A stretch of 64,000 nucleotides of DNA, taken from positions 1,088,001-1,152,000 of the forward strand of contig CAXXGO010000006.1 of assembly GCA_963666835.2 (NCBI GenBank). Direction: 5' to 3'. The notes under the pieces were generated by a model. That model saw only the letters and a list, made by a program, of their open reading frames with translations, was not told the DNA's origin and ran no database searches. Positions 29,836 to 38,338 of the stretch are shown here, piece after piece. The number at the start of each line of letters is the position of its first letter. Positions within the stretch are counted from its first letter, which is position 1. A program made the translations under genes and the position numbers. The DNA is from Phycisphaerae bacterium (lineage in GTDB: Bacteria > Planctomycetota > Phycisphaerae > UBA1845).

Positions 29836-30552
29836 GTGGCAGTGATGGCTAATAGACTGCGAGTGTGGGGTATCGTGCTGGGTCTGACGTGGTTGGTGAT
29901 GCCCGCCGTTGCGGGCGAAACCGTGGAGTCCGTGGAGAAGAAGGCCGGTGAGAGTTTCGGTCGAATCAAGACTCTGTCGGCCAAAGTAGACGTGGTCGGG
30001 AAGATGCTCACGGCTGGCAGCGTCGTCAATGTGGAGTGGGACGGGACCTTCATCTACGCGCGCCTGGACGATGACTACATGTCCCGGATGGATATCAGAG
30101 GTCTGATTCAACAAGATGGGACCAGCGTGGAGGCCACCATGAACACGGTAATCATGGGAGGGGTCATGCAGCTCTATGCCGATCAGGGTGGCAAACCGAT
30201 CGCTCGCAGGATGAAGGCGGAGGACATCCACAGCAGCAACGCCGCCGTCATGATGCGCGGGCTGCGCAAAGAGAACACGCTGAAGCTCCTGCCGGACGAG
30301 AAGATCGACGGTCGGCCGGTCTGGGTTGTCGAGTCGAAGCCCAAGGATCCCAACGCGGGGGAATCGAGGGCCGTCATGTTCATTGCGAAGGAGCTGGGCC
30401 TCGCGGTGAAGGTGGTGCGTATCGGGTCGGACGGAAAACCGGATTCGACTATCACGTTTAGCGACATCAAGCTGGGCGAGGACATCAAGCCGCACAGGTT
30501 TGTGCTGCGGATTCCGCCGGGCGTCCAAGTGATTGATACTACGAACGAGTAG
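29836..30552 (+). CDS. Exported LolA-like / lipoprotein-sorting-fold protein
   Basis: Signal peptide, IKTLSAKV, EKIDGRPVWVVESKPK, and a C-terminus ITFSDIKLGEDI..FVLRIPPGVQVID typical of LolA-like proteins. Confidence 0.7.
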   Translation: MAVMANRLRVWGIVLGLTWLVMPAVAGETVESVEKKAGESFGRIKTLSAKVDVVGKMLTAGSVVNVEWDGTFIYARLDDDYMSRMDIRGLIQQDGTSVEATMNTVIMGGVMQLYADQGGKPIARRMKAEDIHSSNAAVMMRGLRKENTLKLLPDEKIDGRPVWVVESKPKDPNAGESRAVMFIAKELGLAVKVVRIGSDGKPDSTITFSDIKLGEDIKPHRFVLRIPPGVQVIDTTNE

Positions 30553-30603
30553 CCCGAATGACGCTGTAGGACGGTGGAATCCGGCGCTTGCCGTGTGGCG
30601 TAG

Positions 30604-31050
30604 CTAATCCGCCTCGCACACCCCGCATGCTTCGGTTGCGGGGCTTGGAACGCACGAGCCGTTGATAATACTGGACACGTTCTCGTTTTCCAGAAAGACC
30701 TGGAAGCGTCGGTGAAACCCCAATAGCCCCTCCTGCGCCGTGCAGGCATCGGTGGGGGCAACAGCGCAGGTTCGCCGGTGCCGGTTTTCGTCGGGCGGCA
30801 CTACCGCGTCGAATATGTCGGCCATAGACACTTCCGAGAGCGGCTGCGCCAGAGCGTACCCGCCCGTTCGACCGCGGGTGGACCTGACGAGCCCCCGCTG
30901 AGACAAACTGCGGAGGATCTTGCAGGCTTGCTCCGGCGGAACCCCGACGGCCTTTGCGATACTGCGGGCCGCGGTCACGGAGGCGGCGTCTTGCCGGCGA
31001 AGATGGCACAAGATGTAGACCGCCTGAGTAACGCAGCGGGGGAGTATCAT
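30604..31050 (-). CDS. Rrf2 family transcriptional regulator
   Basis: IAKAVGVP..KILRSLSQRGLVRSTRGRTGGYALA..VSMADIF, with several C-terminal Cys. Confidence 0.92.
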   Translation of the reverse strand: MILPRCVTQAVYILCHLRRQDAASVTAARSIAKAVGVPPEQACKILRSLSQRGLVRSTRGRTGGYALAQPLSEVSMADIFDAVVPPDENRHRRTCAVAPTDACTAQEGLLGFHRRFQVFLENENVSSIINGSCVPSPATEACGVCEAD

Positions 31051-31441
31051 GGAGTAGCCCTCTCTAGTCGTTACGGAAGTCGTTACGGACGATCATAAGT
31101 TGTCTAGTGAGCCGGGTCCACCGTTTCTTTCGTCCAGGCTGCCGGCCGCGGCAACGCCGGGCGAAACGTGTCCTTGAAAACACGATTCTGTCCCGCCGGG
31201 CCGGCGGGGCGTGTTCGCTTTTGAGGCGCTGCGGAGATTCTGTTCCTGCAAATGTGGTCCATCGACCGATAGTACTTGTGCCAGCGTAGCGGAAAGCGTA
31301 GCCTGCCGCGACGTGACAGGCGGCCCGGAGTTCTGCCGAGATTGTGCGCGGAAAATCTCACAGGATTCGGGTCCACTGGCCGATAAGTGCAATCGGCAAA
31401 TGTAAAACCTCGTCCTTATCCAGATAACTCGCGCGGACCTT

Positions 31442-32824
31442 ATGCGGAGACTTGCAATGCGCTTTGCATCCCAAGGCACAGTCCGAATCGTCGTAGGTTG
31501 CGGATTGTTGGTTATGTTGGTGTCTCACGTTTCATGGGCGGATGGCCCCTATGTAGCGGATTCCCAGATGCATGGGCTGCGTATCAGCCAGGCGTCGGGC
31601 GAAACGTCCGAAGCGGTAACCGAAGACAAGGTTGATGACCTGTGGACCAGGAAGAGGTTGACCGGCGATTGGGGGGGGGCTCGAACCTCTCTGGAAGACG
31701 CCGGGATCACCCTCAAGCTGTATTCCCAGACGCAATACATGGTCAACATGCACGGTGGCCTGGAAACGAAGAACGGTAACGACTTCGGATCCAGCTATGA
31801 TCTGACGCTGCTGTTCGATCTCGAGAAGATGAAGCTCATCCCGGGTGGAACGCTGTTCTTTCGGATCAAGGGAACCTCAGGCGGTGAAGTAAGCGATTTC
31901 GACAGGGAGAAGATCGGCGGCCTGTTCAAGACCAACACGGACGGGAGCACTGAGGAGCCCATTTACGTCGACAAGTGGTGGTGGCAGCAGCGGCTCTTCG
32001 AGGATCGCGTCGATTTGAGGCTTGGCCGTCTATGTGCGGTGAAGGACCTCATCGACCGAAACATGGTAGCGGGGGACGAGGACTCGCAGTTCATGAATGC
32101 CTCGCTGGTCTACAACCCCACCATTCCGCACAAAACCGGAATGGGAGTCTTCGTCCACGTGAAATTCACTGATTGGATTGGGTTTCGTACGCTCGTCGTT
32201 GACCCGGAGTCCGTTGCGCGGCGCGTCGGCCTCGACACTGCCTTCCATGGATCCGACCGTGCCAGAGCGTTCGCTGAGTTGGATTTGACTCCGAAGTTCG
32301 ATTCGGCCAACGGGAAGCTGCCGGGCAATTACCGCGTGGGCACGTGGTATCAGCCTCATCCGAAGGCCGTTTACCGTAATACGCTGGGCGGCCTATTGGC
32401 CCCACGGTCTCGGTCGGGCGACATGGGCTTCTATATCGGCATCGACCAAATGATATGGAAGGAGACGGATGACGAGGGTGACAAGCAGGGAGTTTCGGTG
32501 TTCGCACGCTACGGTTATGCCCACGGCGATGTGAACCGCTTCGACCATTTCTGGTCTTTCGGCGGCCAGTACACGGGACTGATCCCCGGACGTGACAAGG
32601 ACACGCTGGGGCTCGGTTTCGCCCAGGGCATAATGTCGGGCCAGTATCACGATGAAATCGACGATGGCGCCGACCGTGAAACGGTTTATGAGTTGTACTA
32701 TGCCTATCAAGTGACTCCATGGTGTGTAATCACCCCGGATTTGCAGTTTGTTACGAATCCCGGTGGTGACAATGACGGCCGAGACGCCTTCGTTGGTGGT
32801 CTGCGGTTACGAGTTTCGTTCTAG
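31442..32824 (+). CDS. OprB-family (carbohydrate-selective) porin
   Basis: LTGDWGGARTSLEDAGI, GFYIGIDQMIW, GLIPGRDKDTLGLG, ETVYELYY..PDLQFV.NPGG..GLRLRVSF. Confidence 0.9.
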   Translation: MRRLAMRFASQGTVRIVVGCGLLVMLVSHVSWADGPYVADSQMHGLRISQASGETSEAVTEDKVDDLWTRKRLTGDWGGARTSLEDAGITLKLYSQTQYMVNMHGGLETKNGNDFGSSYDLTLLFDLEKMKLIPGGTLFFRIKGTSGGEVSDFDREKIGGLFKTNTDGSTEEPIYVDKWWWQQRLFEDRVDLRLGRLCAVKDLIDRNMVAGDEDSQFMNASLVYNPTIPHKTGMGVFVHVKFTDWIGFRTLVVDPESVARRVGLDTAFHGSDRARAFAELDLTPKFDSANGKLPGNYRVGTWYQPHPKAVYRNTLGGLLAPRSRSGDMGFYIGIDQMIWKETDDEGDKQGVSVFARYGYAHGDVNRFDHFWSFGGQYTGLIPGRDKDTLGLGFAQGIMSGQYHDEIDDGADRETVYELYYAYQVTPWCVITPDLQFVTNPGGDNDGRDAFVGGLRLRVSF

Positions 32825-32852
32825 TGGTGAGAGAGTTCCTAAGGGAGTTGTT

Positions 32853-33062
32853 ATGATGAACATGCGTAAGCTGCGAGGGCGGAAGGTTCGGCTGTTGACG
32901 GCCATGGCTCTCGGGGGCGGGATGGCGTTCGCCTCGTGTAGCGCCGTGGATATACGGCATAACCTCGTTGCCGGCACTCAGAGTTTTGTGCAGGACTACA
33001 CGGCGGATTTGTGGGCAGCCCTCTTCCCGCCCGCCGATGAAATCGTGAACTTGGGCGACTAA
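32853..33062 (+). CDS. Small exported protein or lipoprotein (69 aa)
   Basis: GGGAG RBS, basic N-terminus, hydrophobic stretch and FASC. Followed by a terminator. Confidence 0.65.
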   Translation: MMNMRKLRGRKVRLLTAMALGGGMAFASCSAVDIRHNLVAGTQSFVQDYTADLWAALFPPADEIVNLGD

Positions 33063-33087
33063 AAGCCCATCCCGGATTAAGTACGTC

Positions 33088-33131
33088 CCGCCTCCGCAGG
33101 CCTCAGCCGCCTTGCGGAGGCGGTTCTTTTT
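33088..33131 (+). terminator. Rho-independent terminator
   Basis: Stem CCGCCTCCGCA...TGCGGAGGCGG followed by TTCTTTTT. Confidence 0.85.
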
Positions 33132-33379
33132 AGGCCGACCGTCTTGCGGCTGCTCCGGAAGCGAGTTTGGCGGGTTTGAGGTGGCCGATGGTCAGCCGGC
33201 GTGTCGCATGATAGGATGTCCCAGCACTTGCGGCGCGGACCCTTGAGGCGAGACGGCTCGCGCGATGGTTCGATGGCTGAGGGTTCGGGACTCAATACTC
33301 CGGTTACTATGTTGGGAGGAGTCAGCCGTCCTTGGAGCAGTGTGTGATGCTGCTGTGCAGCGGTGAGGGCTAAGGCACC

Positions 33380-34477
33380 ATGTTGCGACAACTGACAATC
33401 GACGGTTTCCGCGGGTTTGAGCACTTCGAGATGTGCGATCTCGGGCGTGTCAATCTTCTTGTTGGGATGAACAACAGCGGGAAGACTTCGGTCCTGGAAG
33501 CGATACAGATCCTCACGACCGGGCACGTACGTTCCATCTGGGGTGCGCTGTTACGACGAGGCGAACGGTTGGTTGATGAATCGGACCGCGGGCCTAGGAG
33601 CTTTGTTGATCTATGCCACCTCTTCCACGGGCACGTCATGGACGTTGGCAGCGAGTTTCGGCTGAGCGGAGTCAATGACTCAACAAAGGGGACCCTGACC
33701 GCCACGATCCGGCAGGCGACGCCTGATGATGACCAGCAGGCTCTTTTCGAAGAAGACGATGACTACGTTGGTTCACTCGGGCTTACCCTGAAGGGCGAGG
33801 GATTCGTCGGTACGGATGAGAACTACTTGATTAGCAGTAAAGGTGGTCTGTCGTCCGACGTGGCGCGGAGAATCCGCAGTATCCAGGATGACGCGAAGCC
33901 GAGTACGTGGTTCATTGCCACTGCGTCTATGTTGCCGGATGAGGTGGTTTCCCTGTATGAGAGTATTGTCCTGAAACCTGAAGAGGATCTCGTCACACAG
34001 GCTCTCAAGACCGTCGAACCGACGATCGACCGAGTTGCGACGACGAGCAAGGAACCCCGCTACCACCGCTCGGGAGGGAGGGGTGGCATCGTCGTCAAAT
34101 GCGCGGGCGTCGACCAGCGCATTCCGATTGGCAGCTTGGGTGACGGGATCTGGCGGATACTCGGAGTGGCTCTTGCGCTTGTGCACGCAGAGAACGGCGT
34201 GTTGCTGATCGATGAGATTGACACCGGCCTGCATTTCACGGTCATGTCCGACATGTGGAAGTTGGTCAGCGAAACCGCCAAACGGCTCAACGTGCAGGTG
34301 TTTGCGACCACGCACAGTCGCGACGCGGTCGATAGCCTGGCCGCGATTTCACGACCCGAGGTCGATAGCGACAGCGATGTGACGATTCAGAGACTCGAGC
34401 GCGATAAGTGCCGCGCCGTCGCCTACAGCGAGCAGGAGATTGTTGTAGCGGCCGAGCGCGGAACCGAGGTGCGCTAG
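33380..34477 (+). CDS. ABC-type ATPase (AAA_15/AAA_21-like)
   Basis: IDGFRGF, Walker A GMNNSGKT, signature SLGDG, Walker B/D-loop LLIDEIDTGLH and H-loop FATTHS. Confidence 0.9.
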   Translation: MLRQLTIDGFRGFEHFEMCDLGRVNLLVGMNNSGKTSVLEAIQILTTGHVRSIWGALLRRGERLVDESDRGPRSFVDLCHLFHGHVMDVGSEFRLSGVNDSTKGTLTATIRQATPDDDQQALFEEDDDYVGSLGLTLKGEGFVGTDENYLISSKGGLSSDVARRIRSIQDDAKPSTWFIATASMLPDEVVSLYESIVLKPEEDLVTQALKTVEPTIDRVATTSKEPRYHRSGGRGGIVVKCAGVDQRIPIGSLGDGIWRILGVALALVHAENGVLLIDEIDTGLHFTVMSDMWKLVSETAKRLNVQVFATTHSRDAVDSLAAISRPEVDSDSDVTIQRLERDKCRAVAYSEQEIVVAAERGTEVR

Positions 34478-34479
34478 GC

Positions 34480-34968
34480 ATGGCGAGACGACCTCACCCC
34501 AAGAAACTCCTCGTGGAAGGCGATGAAGACAAGCGAGTCGTCCCCGAGTTGATCGAAGCCCATGGGATTCCCTGGGGAGAGAATAGCGACGAATGGATCG
34601 TCGAGATCAGCCAGTGTGATGGCTTTGAGAATGTGGTCAAGCCGGGGGCGATTGAAACTGAGCTCAAAGTCAGCGGTCGGGAGGCGTTGGGTATCATAGC
34701 CGACGCGAACAGTGATGCGGAGCGAAGGTGGGAGTCCGTACGCAATCGCTGCTTACGGAGTTTCCCGGACCTCCCCAAGGACTTGCCTGCCGGCGGTTTG
34801 ATCCACGAGAACGCTGAGGGACTGAAGCTCGGCGTGTGGCTGATGCCGGACAACCAATCACGCGGCATGATGGAGACGTTTCTGACGTATCTCGTGCCCG
34901 ACCATGGTGACGTGCTTCTGGGCCATGCGGAATCCGCCTGCGACGGAGCCCGAGCCCTCGGAGCCCCG
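34480..34968 (+). pseudogene. DUF3226-like TOPRIM-fold protein, apparently 3'-truncated (the frame runs on into the REP array to 35196)
   Basis: KLLVEGDED, LGIIADAN and GVWLMPDNQSRGMMETFL. After ..ARALGAP the translation becomes non-protein-like and then repeat-derived. Confidence 0.7.
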
Positions 34969-35063
34969 TCCTCTTGTCTTTGCCGCACGGTCCGAACCTT
35001 CGCGGGTTGTTCAATGGCACTCCCGCTGGACGTGGGGGAGCCGATTAGCAGCGGTCGACAATC

Positions 35064-35282
35064 GCGGCAGGTCTCGTACCTCGACCATGCCCTACGGACT
35101 CGTAGCGCAGGCATCCCGCCTGCAGTGCGACGTACGGCATTTCAGCAGCCATTGCGGCAGGTCTCGTACCTCGACCGTGCCCTACGAGCCTCGTAGCGCA
35201 GGCATCCTGCCTGCAGTGCGACGCACGGCATTTCAGCAGCCATTGCGGCAGGTCTCGTACCTCGACCATGCCCTACGAGCTC
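35064..35282. repeat. Tandem array (90-91 bp unit) of REP-A plus REP-B
   Basis: GGCAGGTCTCGTACCTCGACC(A/G)TGCCCTAC at 35066, 35156 and 35247; GTAGCGCAGGCATCC(C/T)GCCTGCAG at 35102 and 35193. Confidence 0.95.
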
Positions 35283-35357
35283 ATAACCACACGTATGAGG
35301 GTGAGCAGATTGGTCCACGGAGCAGATCCTACCGGCTGAACCTCGATTGCATCGCCC

Positions 35358-38039
35358 TTACGACCCCACCTCCAACAGGTGCGCGAGCGAACCGGCCAGG
35401 TTGTCTACGGCGGCGGCGTCGGGCAGGGTCACGGTCAGCTTCAGGCGGCCTTCGTCATCGCGCTCTACGCATTCGACCAGGCGCTTCTTGAGGGTCTCGG
35501 CGAGCTGCTTCGACTGTTCCGACTCGCCGCGCGGAGGCAACAACTGTTCAACGAACGAGAACGCGGCGCCAAGGAGCTGCCCACCGGCTAAGGCGACCTG
35601 CTCACGCCGGGTGAGGTTCGCGGCCAGCATCTCCTGTCTGCTCTTCTCACTCTCGTCGACCGGCGCGTCGGGCTTGGCCCCGAGCAGGACCTCGAGCCGA
35701 CCTTTGAGCTCTTCCGCGCCGCTGACCAGGTCGACGGCGTCGACATCCGAATCGGCGTCCAACGCGGCCATGGCGAGTTCATGCTTTGCCGACAGGGTCG
35801 TGAGCAGACCTTCTTCGATTGTCTCTTCGGTAACCAGGATGAAGACTTGGACGGGCTGCTTTTGGCCCATCCGGTGGGCGCGAGCGATGCGCTGCTCCAG
35901 CACGGCCGGGTTCCAGGGAAGGTCGACGTTGATTACCGTGTTGGCGGCCTGGAGGTTCAAGCCGGTTGCCCCGGCGTTGGTGGTGACGAACAGTCGGCAG
36001 TTGGGGTCTTTCTGGAACTGCCGAACGAGCGGCTGGCGTTGTTTCTGCGGAATCGAGCCGTCGAGGCGGACGTAGTCCATGCCGTGCTTTTTGAGCAGCT
36101 TCTCGATCAGCCCGAGCATTGTCGTCCATTCGGAGAACAGGACGATTTTGCGATTCTCTTCGGCCGATAGCGTTCCGAGCAGTTCGTCAAGCGTCTCCAG
36201 TTTGCTGGAGTACGCCGGGGTCTGTTTGTCCACCAGAAAGGTGCTATCAGCGGCCATGCGGCACATGAGCAGGGCTTTGCGAAGGCGCAAAAGGTCCATC
36301 TCGTTGATGTACGGCTTCCCAACGATCGAGCTGACAATACGCAGATTGGCGCCGTGGAGTCCCGCCTGTTCGTCCGTCGGGGCGATTCGGACCACCTCCG
36401 TCGACCGCGGCGGCAGGTCGCGCATTACGGAACTTCGCGTGCGGCGCAAGAGGATCGGCGCGAGTCGCTTGCGCAGCGTTGCGAGGTTCTTGTACCCGAG
36501 GACGCCGCCCTTCTCGTCCACGACTCGGTGCCGGTTGAAGAAGCGGAAGGCCGGACCGAGCCGCCGATCATCGATGAACTCCACCACGGAGAACAGATCG
36601 TCAATCCGGTTCTCGAGCGGCGTGCCCGAAAGCACCAGAGCGAACGGGGACCGCAGGCCCTTGATGATGCGGCTGGTCTTCGCTTCCCAGTTCTTGATGC
36701 GCTGACCTTCGTCCAGGATGATCAGATCCCACGGCACTTTCTCGATGGCGAGGATGTCCCGAAGCACCTGCTCGTAGTTGCAGACCGTGAAGAAGCAGCC
36801 GTTGTCGTACTGGCCGGCCCGTTCGGCGGCGCTGCCCAACACCAGTTGGCAGTCGCGCTCCGAAAATCGCTCAATCTCGCTGCGCCACTGCGATTTCAGG
36901 GTGGCCGGGCAGACGACCAACACCCGCCTGATCCCCGCCTCCCGTTTCAGAAGTTCGGCGACTCCGATGCCTTGGATGGTCTTGCCCAACCCCATATCGT
37001 CGGCGAGGACGGTGCGACCCGCTCCGACGGCAAACGCGATGCCGTCCAATTGGTAGGGCAACAGATCGACCTTCAGAAGCTCTTTGCGCAGCGGATGGCG
37101 CTTGGGGTCCTTACGAATCTCGGTTACGGTAGATTCGATACGATGCAGGAACAACTTTCGGTCAATGTACTCCGCCGCATCGGGATAGACCGTTACGCTG
37201 TGGTCCAGCTTCTCCAGCTTTTCGAGGCGTCGCACGAGATCGAGGACGTCGTAAATGGCGCGGTCCCTCAACGGTTGCACAATTTGCTCGACGGGGTCGT
37301 CGAGCCGGTTGGGGAGCAACAGGCGCAGCTCAAGTTCCTTCCCATACTTCAGGTGTACGGCGATATCTTTCTGGACGTACTTCCGCCTTTGCACCGATGC
37401 GGGGAACCGCCGCTTCGCTCTGTTTTGAACGGCGAGAATGTGTTTGCACGTGCCCACGGTGTTCTTGCGAAAATCGGGGCACGAACAGTATGAATCGCCG
37501 GGCTCCCAACCGCGCAAGGCCACTCGATAGGTCTTTCCGGACTCGGCGTTCGTGACGAGATAGTCCGCCCACAATCTCCTCGGGTTTGTGGAGCGGACGG
37601 TCATGCGCTCCGTACGCGCCCGCTCCTTTCGTTCGGCAATCGCCCGCTCGATGAGCTGTTCTTCGCTGAGACTCTCGACCGGTACGCGCTCGGGGGGCGG
37701 GGCGGCGAGACCCAACGCCATCTTCTCCTCGAGGATCAGAGAAAGGGCGGCGCCGACGTGTACGCATGCCCCGTCACATTGTGTGCAGTTCCAGCGCATG
37801 CGTTGGTCGGCCTCCGCCATCAAGGTGATGGTAACCACGGTTCCGTTGAGGCGCATGCGGAACAGGTCGTCACCGAGATGCACGTCGCTGGAAATATCCA
37901 CCTCATACGCTCCGCCGTGGCGGATGAGCTGTTCTGCATCCGCCCCGAGCAGTCGGCAGGCCTGACGATATGTCAGACGCGATAGGCGATCCTTGAGCGT
38001 TAGAATCCGACCCGTATTCTTCTTGACAGCGGTTGCCAC
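35358..38039 (-). CDS. SWIM zinc-finger SNF2-family helicase
   Basis: CSCPDF..CKH (SWIM), LADDMGLGKT, ILDEGQRIKN, LSGTPLEN, LRRTR, and GLNLQAAN..WNPAVLEQRIARAHRMGQ. Confidence 0.92.
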   Translation of the reverse strand: MATAVKKNTGRILTLKDRLSRLTYRQACRLLGADAEQLIRHGGAYEVDISSDVHLGDDLFRMRLNGTVVTITLMAEADQRMRWNCTQCDGACVHVGAALSLILEEKMALGLAAPPPERVPVESLSEEQLIERAIAERKERARTERMTVRSTNPRRLWADYLVTNAESGKTYRVALRGWEPGDSYCSCPDFRKNTVGTCKHILAVQNRAKRRFPASVQRRKYVQKDIAVHLKYGKELELRLLLPNRLDDPVEQIVQPLRDRAIYDVLDLVRRLEKLEKLDHSVTVYPDAAEYIDRKLFLHRIESTVTEIRKDPKRHPLRKELLKVDLLPYQLDGIAFAVGAGRTVLADDMGLGKTIQGIGVAELLKREAGIRRVLVVCPATLKSQWRSEIERFSERDCQLVLGSAAERAGQYDNGCFFTVCNYEQVLRDILAIEKVPWDLIILDEGQRIKNWEAKTSRIIKGLRSPFALVLSGTPLENRIDDLFSVVEFIDDRRLGPAFRFFNRHRVVDEKGGVLGYKNLATLRKRLAPILLRRTRSSVMRDLPPRSTEVVRIAPTDEQAGLHGANLRIVSSIVGKPYINEMDLLRLRKALLMCRMAADSTFLVDKQTPAYSSKLETLDELLGTLSAEENRKIVLFSEWTTMLGLIEKLLKKHGMDYVRLDGSIPQKQRQPLVRQFQKDPNCRLFVTTNAGATGLNLQAANTVINVDLPWNPAVLEQRIARAHRMGQKQPVQVFILVTEETIEEGLLTTLSAKHELAMAALDADSDVDAVDLVSGAEELKGRLEVLLGAKPDAPVDESEKSRQEMLAANLTRREQVALAGGQLLGAAFSFVEQLLPPRGESEQSKQLAETLKKRLVECVERDDEGRLKLTVTLPDAAAVDNLAGSLAHLLEVGS

Positions 38040-38338
38040 GTCTCCCTCCTTGATGGTCGATCAGCGATAGAATTCCCGGGGCGGCGCCCCGCGCCGAGCA
38101 GCCCCGAGCCGACAATACTGTTCAACCGTCCCGGCCGAGTGGGTCAAAGAACCCGCGGGTACGCCGTTTCCTCGGCCCCGCGGTCCTTCCGTTCATGTTC
38201 GTGCCGATTATCACTACGTTGAAGGGTTTTGCCACCGTGCCCCTGTCCCGTACTGCTCACGAGCAGCAGCGCACCCGAAGACCCACGTGTAATGCAGCCC
38301 CGGTTAATCACGCAAGAACTCACAGGGCGGGGAGTGTC

